A stretch of 64,000 nucleotides of DNA from Octopus bimaculoides (lineage: Eukaryota). The translations under genes were made by a program, and so were the position numbers. Shown one piece after another: positions 12,580 to 25,677 of the stretch. The stretch is taken from positions 153,928,744-153,992,743 of the forward strand of contig NC_068981.1 of the NCBI RefSeq assembly GCF_001194135.2. The letters are read 5' to 3'. Under the pieces are notes generated by a model. The model saw only the letters and a list, made by a program, of their open reading frames with translations, was not told the origin of the DNA and made no database searches. Within the stretch, counting starts at the first letter, position 1, and every line of letters begins with the position of its first letter.

Positions 12580-15500
12580 NNNNNNNNNNNNNNNNNNNNN
12601 NNNNNNNNNNNNNNNNNNNNNNNNNNNNNNNNNNNNNNNNNNNNNNNNNNNNNNNNNNNNNNNNNNNNNNNNNNNNNNNNNNNNNNNNNNNNNNNNNNNN
12701 NNNNNNNNNNNNNNNNNNNNNNNNNNNNNNNNNNNNNNNNNNNNNNNNNNNNNNNNNNNNNNNNNNNNNNNNNNNNNNNNNNNNNNNNNNNNNNNNNNNN
12801 NNNNNNNNNNNNNNNNNNNNNNNNNNNNNNNNNNNNNNNNNNNNNNNNNNNNNNNNNNNNNNNNNNNNNNNNNNNNNNNNNNNNNNNNNNNNNNNNNNNN
12901 NNNNNNNNNNNNNNNNNNNNNNNNNNNNNNNNNNNNNNNNNNNNNNNNNNNNNNNNNNNNNNNNNNNNNNNNNNNNNNNNNNNNNNNNNNNNNNNNNNNN
13001 NNNNNNNNNNNNNNNNNNNNNNNNNNNNNNNNNNNNNNNNNNNNNNNNNNNNNNNNNNNNNNNNNNNNNNNNNNNNNNNNNNNNNNNNNNNNNNNNNNNN
13101 NNNNNNNNNNNNNNNNNNNNNNNNNNNNNNNNNNNNNNNNNNNNNNNNNNNNNNNNNNNNNNNNNNNNNNNNNNNNNNNNNNNNNNNNNNNNNNNNNNNN
13201 NNNNNNAGAGAGTTTATCTTTTACTTGTTTCAGTCATTTAGACTGAAACTTTTAGTCGAATGGATAGACCCCAGTAATTTTTTCTGAAAGCCTGGTACAT
13301 ATTTTATTATTCTTTTTTACCAAACTGCTAAGTTATGGCGATATCAACATACCAATACCAGTTGTCAACTAGTGATGTGGCGACAAACACAGACACAAGA
13401 ACACACACATACGCACATATATATGATGGGCGTTTTTCAGTTTCCATCTACCAAACCACTCACAAGGCTTTGGTTGGCCTGAAAGTGTAATAGAAGACAA
13501 TTTGCCCAAGGTGCCACACAGTGGGACTGAACCCAGAACAATGTGGTGGGGAAGCAAACCTTTTACCACACAGCCACGCATGCACCTATGTATGTGTGCG
13601 TGTGTGTGTGGGGGGTGTATGGATGGTTGTCCTTTTATCTCTTGGAATGTTTTGCACTAAAACAAAACAAAGATAAAGTGAATTATTGTTCCCAAAATAG
13701 TTCTTAAAGCTATGACTCAACAGCAACAAGTGGAGTGGAGTCTTCCAAATTCTAACCTTTTCTCCATTCAGAACAAAGGTCATATTCCCAAACAGTTTGA
13801 TTATTCAATACAAGTTTCTATAACAATATAAACACTAAATGTGTTTTTATAGTAGCAAAAATGTTTTAATGGATTCATTATCACTTCATGTGCTATTGCT
13901 ACTGCTTGGAGCTTCTCAGTTGATCAACCTGCTAGAAATAACAGCCAAATATACTTTGAATTACATTTTACCTCTAGAAATTTGAAATGGTTAATTTGGC
14001 AACATAATTAGTTCTAAACATATAAAAATATGGGATGGTTTTAGTTAAGGTACCTGCTGGATTCATACCAAACCACAGCAACAAACATTATCTTCATGCT
14101 CTCAATAGAACAGTATTTATGTTTTCAACCATTTTTTAATAATGGCATGGTGCTTATTGGTCTGTCTCCTCAATCAAGAGACTGACCTGCAGCTAAAACA
14201 TTTTCAAGTCATATAAATTCAAATCTACAGCACAATTCATATTTCTTTCACAACTTTTAAATTTAATTTTTCCAATGTTTTAAATGTTATGCATTTGTGT
14301 CATGGATCTGGAAATACTTTAAAATAATATTACAAAGTATTGTGAGAGACGTTGCTAAAAACAGTGATTTATTTTCTTTTATGTTTTACTTGTTTCAGTC
14401 ATTAGACTGCAGCCATGCTGGGGCACAGCTAGGAAGAATTTTTTGTTGAATGAGTCAATCCTAGTCTTACTTAATATTTTGTAAAGCCTAGTACTTGTTC
14501 TATCATTTTTTTTTTTTGCCAAACTGCTAGGTTAGGTGGACATAAGGACACAAACACTGGTCATCAAGCAATGGTGGGGGAGACACACAGACACAGACAC
14601 AGACACACACAGACACACACAAACACACACAGACACACACACACACACACACATGCACACGCACGCAGATATATATGATGGGTTTCTTTCACTTTCCATC
14701 TACTAAATCTACTCATAAGTCTTTGGTTGCACAAAGCTATAGTAGAAGACCCTTGCCTAAAGTACCACACAGTGGAACTGAACCTGGACCCATGTGGTTG
14801 GGAAGCAAGCTTCTTATCACACAGCCATACCTGCACCTTAAAATTTTATAATATAGTATCCTCTTTCACTGAATGGCAATTTACAAATGGTACCCTCAGA
14901 AAATTGGCTGCTATTTCCAGTATATGGAGCAACTGTATAAAAGATCTCTCATTAGCATGTTGTTGTTTAACCCCAGGTTTGCTCTGAATAAGCAGACCCA
15001 TGATCAAAGCAACGAAACCTCGACTGTTCTGTCTTTTTTCCCTTTTTTGCAGGTATTGTTTATCTTAGTTTACATTATTCAATGTGCCCTTATGATTTTA
15101 AAATAATAGAGTTTAATTTGGAGGAGATTTAACTGGTATTTCTAGTGAGCAAATCTATGATCAAAAGCCTTCCAGTCATGGCCTACCTGTGAGTTTTTAG
15201 GAGTATCTAGAACTACATTATCCAATGTGTCCTCATAGTCTTTTTTTAAGCTGGTAGGATGTGATTTGAGGGACGTTTGGTTGCTACTTCTAACAGGTTT
15301 TGATCTCATTGAAACTCATATAGGCAAACATTTAGCTGATTATGAGTCATGTATAATTATCACAAATGTTTTAATGACTGAATTGTCACAGACTTTGACA
15401 TACATACATACATACATACATACTCACACACACATACATACATACATACATACATACATACATAGCATGGAAGGCAGATGTTAAACAATGATGATGATGA

Positions 15501-15694
15501 TACATACATATGTTGCCAGTGTTGTCGTCATCATCGTCATCATTGTCATAATCGTCGTCATAGTCATCATCGTCATATTCGTTGTATTCATCATCATCAT
15601 CGTCATCATCATCATCATCATTTAACGTCCATTTTCCCTGCTGGTATGGGTTGGATGGTTTGACAGGATCCCACAAGTTGTATACATTCACATG

Positions 15695-16535
15695 ATATAA
15701 GGGTGCGATGGGTAAATTGTCACCATTTTATATTTTAAATTTTGTGCATGCATTTTGTTTGTTTTTGATTTTGTCAACTACACAGTATAGTAGGGTCAGT
15801 TGAGCACCATCTGTGAAAAAAACAGCACCATGACACAGTTCACTCTGCCAGAAATTTGGAAATGACATGCTGTATAGCTTGGCATTTGCACTGGAAGCTC
15901 CAATACAAACAGATGGTGAACACACAGAACAACCACTGGCTTGCTGGGTCCCCAAAACATGTACCAAGAGTGATAAAAATCAAATATTTAGTCAACATCA
16001 TGATGTTTGGAGTGATTATTAGTGATGGTGACGTTATGCCTCCATTCCTCTTCTCACACAGCCTCAGACTCAACACAGAGGCCTTTACCAAGTGCCTGGA
16101 GGAGGTAGTGCTCCCTTGGGTCAAGAGGGTGGCTACTGGAAAACCCTATGTCTGGCAACAGGACTCTGCACCATGCCACACAAGCAGGAGAACCCAGTCA
16201 TCTGGTCACCTAACTCCCCAGACTGCAACCCCCTTGATTATTTTGTGTGGGGCACAGTTGAATGAGAGACCAACAAAACCCCTTGTAACACCAAAGATGA
16301 ACTGAAGGCAAGGAGCATGGCAGCATTCACCTACTTAAACAAGGAGACCATCCAGAAGAGTTGCAGGAGATTCCAAAGTCGATTGGAGGCCATAGTTGAA
16401 GCCAATGGCAATTTTATTGAACAAATTTACTCTTTAGTATTTCAAGATATTTTTATGTAACTTTGGCAAATATATCTGTTAAAGTGAGATGTCAGTGTTA
16501 TTTTCATTTTTGCATAATTTAGATGACATTATATT
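15695..16535 (+). mobile_element. Internally deleted DD37D/maT-type mariner relic
   Basis: ORF 15856-16305: IMMFGVIISDGDVMPP...WQQDSAPCHTSRRTQ, then NSPDCNPLDYFVWG...RLEAIVEANG in a shifted frame. Confidence 0.8.
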
Positions 16536-16977
16536 CACTGCAACCTGTGTATATAAACATTAATAAACATATGGGTTTTTAGAAAATGGAAATTTTAAAG
16601 TTTTACATTTAGCTGTATTGTAAATGTTTCATATTTCTGAATAAATATTTTCTGAATAAATACTTCTCATTATGTAACAGCTTTCCAAGAAACAGTCAAC
16701 ATATAAATTCAAAATGAGTTACTTGTATCAGAATGCAGCAAATGGGTTTTCACACTCCTATAGTTTATAATCTACAAGAAGTAATGTTGACAATGAAAGA
16801 GCAAGAAAGAAGAATTGAAAAACAAAACCTATAAAGATACATACATACAAACATATATGTTTTGCACACAACTTGCACATGCAAGTGCTACTAGTCGAAA
16901 GCTGCACATACTGGAAGCCAGCAAGTGTGTGGGGTCAGCAGGAGAGGATGCACGCTGTTTCGGGGCCTACCTCTTAT

Positions 16978-16992
<15 letters not shown>

Positions 16993-17014
<22 letters not shown>

Positions 17015-17998
17015 GCTAGAATAAGAATAGGCTTAGCAAAGTTCAGAGAGCTCCTACTTCTGCTGGTAACAAAGTGCCTCTCGCTCAGAGTGAAAGGCAG
17101 ACTGTGTGCAAACAGCCACACTACATGGCAGTAAAACATGTGCTATGACTGCTGAGGACATGGGACAAGGTGGTAAAGCACGATGTTCGAATGTTGGGCC
17201 TTGCAGAGGCAATGACAAGTGACCAAGACCTTTGGAGGTATGCCATGCTTAAGAAGACTCATCAAGCCAAGTGAGATCATAGTCGTGGCTGATGCCAGAG
17301 TCATGTCACAGGCCCGTTAAAAGCCAGTTAAAAGCCCATTAAAAATTGTTGGGTGATATGCCATGCTTGTGAAGACCTGTTGAATCAAGTGAAATCGTAG
17401 TCATGGCCGATGCCAGTGCAGTCTGACTGTCATCTGTGCCAGTAGCACATAAAAAGCACCATTCGAGTGTTGGGTCTCATGGAGGCAGTGATGTCAAGCC
17501 AAGTGAGATCGTAGTCGTGGCCAATGCCAGTGTTGCGTAACTGACCTGTTAAAAGCACCCTTCAATTGTTGGGTGATACACTGTGCTTGTGAAGACCTGT
17601 CAAACCAAGTGAAATCATAGTCATGGCTGATACCAGTGCCATCTGACTGGCACCTATGCCGGTGACATGTAAAAAGCACCATTTGAGCATTGGGCCTCAT
17701 GATCTCAGTGACAGGTGACCAAGACGTTTGGCGATATTCCATGCTTGTGTAGACCTGTCAAGCAAAGTGAGACAGTAGTCATGGCTGATGTTGGTATCAG
17801 GTCAATGGCACCCATGCCAGTGGCATGCAAAATACACCCACTACACTCTCAGAATTGTTGGCATTAGGAAGAGCATCCAGCCATAGAAAACTTGCCAAAT
17901 CAGATTGGAACCTGGTGCAGTCCCCTCAGCTTACCAGTTTTCAGTCAAACCATCCAACCCATGCCAGCATGGAAAGTGGACGTTAAATGATGATGATG
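16993..17998 (+). mobile_element. RTE LINE 3' end with multiple tandem internal modules
   Basis: ARIRIGLAKFRELL C-terminus, then about five diverged repeats of aagacctg..caagccaagtgagatcgtagtcgtggccgatgccagtg, then the standard tail. Confidence 0.8.
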
Positions 17999-18019
17999 TG
18001 TGTGTATCCTTATATATAT

Positions 18020-18422
18020 ATAGGAGTGGCTGTGTGGTAAGTAGCTTGCTTACCAACCACATGGTTCCAGGTTCAGTCCCACTGCGTGGCATCTTGGGCA
18101 AGTGTTGTCTACTATACCCTTGGACCAACCAAAGCTTTGTGAATGGATTTGGTAGACAGAAACTGAAAGAAGCCTGTCATGTGTGTATGTGTGTGTGTGT
18201 TTATAAGTTTGTGTGTCTGTGTTTGTCCCTCCACAATTGCTTGACAACCAATGTTGGCATGCTTACATCCCTGTAACTTAGCGGTTCAACAAAAGAGACC
18301 AATAGAATAAATACTAGGCTTACAAAGAATAAGTCCTGGGGTTGATTTGTTTGACTAAAGGCAGTGCTCCAGCATGGCTGCAGTCAGATGACTGAAACAA
18401 ATAAAAGAATAAAAGAATAAAA

Positions 18423-18425
<3 letters not shown>
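18020..18425 (+). mobile_element. Full-length SINE family A
   Basis: Same head, body and tail as 9921-10325. Other copies or fragments at about 38-200, 1117-1245, 3522-3750, 4100-4255, 7620-7760, 13213-13585, 14370-14836, 40664-41062, 50634-50860, 56900-57040 and 60575-60810. Confidence 0.85.
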
Positions 18426-18459
<34 letters not shown>

Positions 18460-18508
18460 ATGAAGGATTTAGTTCACTGGTGATCTAAATGAATAAGTAT
18501 GCTAAGTA

Positions 18509-18720
18509 AGTGAAACAGTAGATAGAAGAATGCAGACAGGAGAATAAAGTCCACAGCTCATCTTCTTCCAGAATGTATGGAGATTGGTCTGTACTTTTAT
18601 GAAGGTATAGGTCCTTAAGTATAATCCCAGGTAAATCCAGACAATATTTTTGTAGTATTTTGAATGTTGTGTTCATAACTTTATTCTCCTGTCAGCATTC
18701 TTCTTATCTACTGTTTTACT
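18509..18720. repeat. Inverted repeat (~42-bp arms) just upstream of the hammerhead relic
   Basis: 18509-18550 vs 18678-18720, with three differences. Confidence 0.8.
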
Positions 18721-18796
18721 CTTTATTCTTCTATCTACCATTTTATTCCTTTATACACTGTGAATTCTCTGTCTAGAACTTTTTGACATACTCACC

Positions 18797-18875
18797 TTAT
18801 CTCTGATGATGGAATACCCAGTGTATAGAGATACTAACCTATCACTTGTGAAATCCCAGAGACAGCTGTAAGACA
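18797..18875 (+). ncRNA. Degenerate type I hammerhead ribozyme of Penelope-like element type
   Basis: ttatct-CTGATGA-tggaat..(loop)..atccca-GAGA-c-agct-g-TA-agaca. Stem I, stem II and a palindromic minimal stem III are present; core GAAA reads GAGA. Confidence 0.5.
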
Positions 18876-18879
18876 TCAT

Positions 18880-19190
18880 CATTGTCGTCATCATCATCGT
18901 CGTTTAATGTCCGCTTTCCATGCTAGCATGGGTTGGACGATTTGACTGAGGACTAGTGGACCAGGAGGTGACACCAAGCTCCAATCTGATTTGGCAGAGT
19001 TTCTACAGCTGGATGCCCTTCCTAACGCCAACCACTCCGAGAGTGTAGTGGGTGCCTTTACGTGCCACCGGCACGAGGGCCAGTCAGGCAGTACTGGCGA
19101 CGGCCACGCTCGAAATGGTGTATTTTATGTGCCACCTGCACAAGAGCCAGTCCATCGGCACTGGCAACGATCTCGTTCAAATGTCCTAAT
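18880..19190 (-). mobile_element. Young RTE 3'-tail copy
   Basis: Near-identical to 62850-63168 and 49878-50260; CpG-rich. Confidence 0.8.
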
Positions 19191-19834
19191 TGATTTAATT
19201 AATTAATTACTTCAAATTCACTTTACNNNNNNNNNNNNNNNNNNNNNNNNNNNNNNNNNNNNNNNNNNNNNNNNNNNNNNNNNNNNNNNNNNNNNNNNNN
19301 NNNNNNNNNNNNNNNNNNNNNNNNNNNNNNNNNNNNNNNNNNNNNNNNNNNNNNNNNNNNNNNNNNNNNNNNNNNNNNNNNNNNNNNNNNNNNNNNNNNN
19401 NNNNNNNNNNNNNNNNNNNNNNNNNNNNNNNNNNNNNNNNNNNNNNNNNNNNNNNNNNNNNNNNNNNNNNNNNNNNNNNNNNNNNNNNNNNNNNNNNNNN
19501 NNNNNNNNNNNNNNNNNNNNNNNNNNNNNNNNNNNNNNNNNNNNNNNNNNNNNNNNNNNNNNNNNNNNNNNNNNNNNNNNNNNNNNNNNNNNNNNNNNNN
19601 NNNNNNNNNNNNNNNNNNNNNNNNNNNNNNNNNNNNNNNNNNNNNNNNNNNNNNNNNNNNNNNNNNNNNNNNNNNNNNNNNNNNNNNNNNNNNNNNNNNN
19701 NNNNNNNNNATTGCCATGACTACCACTAATATCGTGACTGTCAAACTGATTGTATTTTGTGTTTTGAGACACAAAATATAATACAGCTTCAGTTGTATTT
19801 CTGTTGCCAGTGCCCCTGGACTGGCTCTTGTGCG

Positions 19835-20085
19835 AGGTGAGGGGTGAGGAGAGGGGAGGAGGGGGAGATGGGATGAGAGGGAGAGAGGGGGAGATGGGAT
19901 GAGAGGGAGAGAGGGGGAGAGGGGGATGAGAGGAGGGTAATGACGTTTATGATAATGAAGATGATAATGATGTTGACGATCATGATAACGATGAAGAAGA
20001 CAATGATGTTGATCATGATAATGATGATGATGGCGACTAGTATGACAGTGACAAGGACAATGACATGACAATGATAATGACAACC
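19835..20085. repeat. Purine-rich ~27-bp minisatellite followed by a degenerate (ATG/ATA)n tract
   Basis: gagagggggagatgggatgagaggga about three times, then a trinucleotide run. Confidence 0.8.
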
Positions 20086-21080
20086 ATTAGGCACAAGCAT
20101 TTATAAAATAACCAACACCAAAACATTTTTTAAATTTTTTCTGTCGATATTTTAAATTCAGTTGCTCAGTTTGTATTTATCTTAACTGCTACATAACCAT
20201 AAATGTCTCAGTTAATTTTGAAAATAATCAAGAATTTTTTGAAGGCTTTAGCATAAAAATAACTGACCTGTTAATAATTAAGCTGATGTTTTATACATAA
20301 CTAAACAAAAAGTTTAAGTTTAAACATGAACACTTCAAAACAGGAGTTTTGTATCAAAGTATTAGAAGCAGTCTTGGGAAAGGAGTTTTATACAAAATGG
20401 TTAATCTTCTATTTATCTTGATCTTTCCACCAAAATGTATAATAATATTGACTAAGTATTAACTATTCTGTTGGCAGATCATCTACCTATTCTGGATGCT
20501 AATGCATGATTCCATAAATTATAAAGATAAACTAGACACTGGTTATTTTGATGTTATTCGCTGCCATTATAAAAATGACTTATATTGATATATTTACCTA
20601 CCAATATAGTTACAAAGAAACATTAGCTGATTTAATTAGCTACATATTCTCAAAGTTACAGCAACATTATTTCCTTTGATATTTGCATGAATTTAGTTTG
20701 GTGTTTAGTTTAGAACTGAAAGCAAGCTTTCAAATATAAGGAATTATGTTAGAAACATCAAGAGAAAAATACTCTTTACTTTGATCTTAGTGTGTTCTTA
20801 TCTATAGAGGTGATAAGGAAAAAAAAAAAAAAGAAACTATATTAAAAGAAAAACAAAGCAACTGAAGACCTATTTACATAATATATGTTACCTGTATATA
20901 AACATGATACTTCTTTCTTTTCTTTTTCAATTTATGTACACAAAGTTATTTACACTCTCTTCTAAAATATTCAGATTCTCCATGCTACACACACACACTT
21001 CTCTCTCGAGTCAGATGTACTTACACATACACTCATACAATTACACCTTCCCCCTCTCTCTCATATATATATTGATGTAT

Positions 21081-21122
<42 letters not shown>

Positions 21123-21239
21123 ACATGTACACACATACACACACACGCACATGTATATATATAGATATAGATATAAATACATATATATAGTCATTTAAAA
21201 TTCATTAATTTCTCATGCTTTTTCATAGTTGGATGGTTT

Positions 21240-21546
21240 TTTCTGCACAGTATCTCACCACTTGTTGTGATCCCTAGTAATTGCCTTCATGAGGTTCAGC
21301 ATCCCGAGATCAACCTTCAGCTATTTTTCCCCGTGTCTTCTCAGTTTTATCAGTCTTTATCTTTTGCAGGCCATCTTTCACAAAAAAATATTCATATTGG
21401 AGCTTCCAGAATGAATGCCAAGCAGTACAGCATGTTGTTTCCAAATTTCTGGCGGAGTGAATTGCGTCATGGTACTGTTTTTCTCACAGACGGTGCCCAA
21501 CTGACCCTACTATATTGTGTAGTCAACAAAATCAAAAACATGCATT
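21240..21546 (-). mobile_element. 5' fragment of the same mariner family as 15695-16535
   Basis: 21380-21545 is the reverse complement of about 15740-15905. A related fragment lies at about 30845-31085. Confidence 0.7.
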
Positions 21547-21910
21547 GAAAGAGAGAGAGAGAGTGATGCAAATAAACCCAATGAAGGTTGATAATTATAA
21601 ATATACATACATATGCACATATACACACATAGACATATATATAAGGATATATATAGATGCAAAAACTAAATATAATCAGAAGATAAACACATATGTACAA
21701 ACATATAGAATTTATATGTTTTGACAAATAAATTTACATTTATTTTTCCACTTGCTAATTATGAACCTTACAACTATTACGTAATTCCAAGGTCCCAGAA
21801 ACAGCTATCAAGTTTAAAAATTATGCTTTCTCCTCTTAGTTTTGTATCGTTTTCACTCTATGTAAAAGTAAATTTGTCAATATGTATGAATCTCTATATG
21901 CTTATACATA

Positions 21911-23187
21911 CAGGGGTTGGACAAAATAATGGAAACACCAAGCATCATAGCATCATAATTTTGAAATATCTATAAAACCATCAAAAGCTTGTTTATTTTT
22001 ATGTTTTTTGATTTATTATTAGTGTTGCTTAATATTTTTTGCTAAAATTGCTGTTTCTTTTCAGATATTATCAGAAAAAGGAAATTAAGATTCATTAAAA
22101 TGACAGATCTATCAGACTTTCAAAGAAGTCAAATTGTTAGTGCTCATATAGCAGGCACTAGCATAATGAAAACAGCCGAAATGCTTGGTGTATTAAGAAG
22201 TACTGTCTTAAAACTAATGACAGCCTTTGAGAAAGAGGGAAAAATCTCCTCATCGAAACAAAACTCCGGAAGAAAACCAAAACTTTCAGATAGAGACCAT
22301 CGGACTCTTACGGGAATTGTTAGAAAGGATCACAAAAGTACAGCTCCCAAAACTACTGCAGAGCTTAATGACCACCTCGAGAACCCAGTTTCCATAAAAA
22401 CTGTTCGCCAGGAGTTGCACAAAGCCAAATTTCATGGGAGGGGTGCAATCAGAAAACCACTACTTTCAAAAACAAACGTTGCAAAGTGTTTAGAGTGGAG
22501 TATAAACTGACAGAATTGATCCCTAGAGTAGTGGAAGAATGTCATTTTCTCGGATGAGTCATCCTTTACCTTATTTCTGACCACTGGCTGAGTATATGTG
22601 TGGAGACAGCCAAAAGAAGCATTTGTTCCAGACTGCCTTCTTCCACCTGTTAAACATGGAGGGGGATCTGTGATGATCGGGGGGGGGGGCAATATCTTGG
22701 AAATCCGCCGGCCCAATGGTTTCCCTTCATGGCAGAATTAATAGTCAAGACTATTTAAGCATTTTGTTTGATCAAATCCCTCCTATGATTCTGGAACTGT
22801 TTCCAGAGGGAAACGCAATCTTTCAGAATGATAAAGCACCAATTCACACAGCTAAAGTTGTTAATGAATGGCACGAGGAACATTCTAGTGAAGTTGAACA
22901 TCTTATCAGGCCACCACAGTCCCCAGATCTCAATATTATTGAACATTTATGGTGCATTTTAGAAAAACAATTAAGGAGTAGATATCCTCCACCATCATCA
23001 CTACAAGAACTGGAGACTGTTTTAGCTGAAGAATGGACAAAAATTCCTTTGGAAACAATTCAAACTTTGTATGAGTTCATACCTTGTAGAATTCAAGCTG
23101 CAATTACTGCAAAAGGCAGTCCTACTTCATATTAAAATTAATTTGTTTGAAATTTTAAGGTGGTTCCATTATTTTGTCCAACCCCTG
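21911..23187 (+). mobile_element. Near-complete Tc1-family transposon, DD36E (Incomer-like), frameshifted transposase
   Basis: TA target duplication on both sides; about 29-bp TIRs (caggggttggacaaaataatggaaacacc). Transposase pieces at 22100-22510 (HTH, GRKPKL), SDESSF near 22550, and 22716-23135 (FQNDKAPIH...SPDLNIIEHLW) with 36 residues between D and E. Confidence 0.92.
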
Positions 23188-24672
23188 TATGCATTTATCT
23201 TCAGAATATATTTAGTTTTGTATCTATATATATCCCTATACATGCCCATATGTGTATATGTATGTATATTTGTATATATCAAGCCTAATCATGTTTATCT
23301 GCATCTCCATATCATTACATCACTACATCTCCATATTATCTCATCTAGATTTCTCTCATAGTCACTCTTTAGCCTGTGGACCTAGTCCTTGATAAAGACT
23401 TCAGAACTCCAATTGCTATTTTGGTATGATTTCTACAGGTGGATGTCCTTCCTAACACCAACCACTTACAGACTGTATTGGTTTATGTTGATGCCTTGCT
23501 GTACTCAAGAAAACCTGTCCACCACAGCAAAATTGATACTGGTGATGGTGCCACATAAAAACCACTCATGCTGGTGCCACATAAAAGCACTCATGCTAGT
23601 GCCACATTAAAAGCATTGGTGCTGGCGCCACATAAAAATACCCAGTACACTCTGTAGAGTGGTTGGTATTAGGAAGGGCATCCAACCACAAAAACCATGC
23701 TAGAATAGACAATGAAGTCTGGTGAGGCCCCTGGTCATACCAGATCTGATCAAACCATTCAACTCATGCCAGCATGGAAAATAGAAGTTAAATGATGATG
23801 AGGATGATGATGGCACTAGTGAAGTCATGAAACAACATGCATTTCAAGGAAAAAAGACCCCTCAAATGAGTAGGATTGTAGTAAAGAGGGAAGTGGCTTT
23901 ATGCCAGATGTTGAGAGGCTAAAATATGACAGAACAGAGACAGGTGTCATGTTATAGAGGAGAGACATGGCTATCTCACAATAGATACAGGTGAGTGGGA
24001 GAAGTGATGGTGGTTACAAGGTGTCATAGTGTACTCTCAAGATACAAGAATATGAGAGAATATTGACAGAGGATCAGAAAGAGTGGGTGTATAAATTCCG
24101 TAGAGTGTGAGAGGAGAATTACAGATTGTTAGAGATGAGTGTAGAGGTGAATGTAGTAGATAGGATAAGGGTAGAGATGTGGTCGATGATAAATATCAGT
24201 ATGAGCAGGAGGAAGGTGAAAGAATAGGAGTGACTCAGTAAGGAGGAGGTGGTAAGTGGAAGTACAGGGAGAGAGGAAAGTAGTAGTGTAATACATCTAT
24301 AGGCAGCTCAGATAATTTGAAGATTTTGTATGAGATGAGAGTGGAAGTGGTGTGAAAGAGAGAGTTGTACAGTGACTGAAATGGATGTCAGTGGTATGTA
24401 GGGATGGCTATAGTGAGTGGAATGCAAGGGGGTGGGGTGATGCTGCCCATAGAAGATATGACAGGGTGATGAGAATGACAGCAAATAAGAGGTGTTAAAG
24501 ATAAGATAATGACAGTCCTAAAATGCATTGCAGAGGTAACTGGTGTTATAGAAAGGGGTAATTGGTGGAAAATAAATTGAGAAAGGATAATATTGAGAAT
24601 GAGGAGGGATGGATTTAAAAAAGAAGTGATTCCAGGGAGATGGGAAAGTAGCTGATGGCACATGCACACATG

Positions 24673-24709
<37 letters not shown>

Positions 24710-24999
24710 ACGTGCGCGCATTAGTGCGTGTGTCCATGCATGTGTGTGTGTGTGTGCATTAGTGCATGTGTGCGTGCATGTGTGTGTGAACAACTATAAA
24801 AATAAGTACCCGCTTACATCAATGTATTTTTGCACAAATGTGGATGTGATATGCTAATAATGTCACATAAAAGTTATTCCCTCTTTGATCTACTAATTGA
24901 GAGTAAATATTTATCTTCACAGCAGTCTGTTTTCATCCCTCTTGCTAAACTATTTTTATTTCTTGACAACAAAGCTCTACAGACTCTGAGCTGCATAAC

Positions 25000-25600
25000 T
25001 ATTAACTACTGCATACACTAATATAGTGCTGCTGGCTGTCATTATTATATTTTCCATGTTACCACATTGTCTTACAACATTAGTATACCAACTCAACATT
25101 GTCCCTTGTTGATCAAGATAGCCATATATCACAAAGCCTTATGATCTCTGTCTCCACAATTTTGTGTTTTATTTTTTTGTATTTCTTACTATGTATTACC
25201 TTTTTACTTTTCATATATTCCTACATCCTCTAAAAACAAAGTTACAATATATTACATATGTTGCAGGAAATTTCAGCAGTGACATCAATAAATCCAATGT
25301 CACGATTCACAAGAGTATTACCCACTTGATCAACAAAATCTGACCAATTATAAACACATACCTAAACACTTAACATGCAAAATACAAGAATATGACAATT
25401 TCCTTCACTCAAACATCCAGTCAGGACTTGGCAAACACTTTCTTGTTTTTTTCTCAAAGAAGTTATACATATTGGTTGTGCTTGCTCCACCATTCATTGA
25501 CATCTGAAGATTAAAATCTTGAAAATCAGAATAATGGTTAGGGATTTTTTTCAATAAAAACTCTTCAATAAGTATAGAGTCTCTTTTTTTCCTCCTTGAG
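25000..25600 (-). mobile_element. Possible second, older Merlin relic
   Basis: WMFE*RKLS, VYNWSDFVDQVGNTLVNRDIGFIDVTAEI and CDIWLS occur in Merlin order but are very degenerate. Confidence 0.35.
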
Positions 25601-25677
25601 AAGGCAATTGTGCTTTTAACACACAGACATGCAAGCACACACACATGTGTGCACAAATTTACGCATGCACATATATA

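Noticed and set aside
12534-13241. Long ORFs spanning N runs (also 4797-5267, 19218-20083, 61721-63098)
   Set aside because: They are open only because of assembly gaps; the flanks are microsatellite or RTE sequence.
17230-17820. Regularly spaced repeats superficially like a CRISPR array (also 50045-50230, 56685-56895)
   Set aside because: The units are diverged whole-unit tandem modules of an RTE 3' UTR with no unique spacers and no cas genes, in a eukaryotic context.
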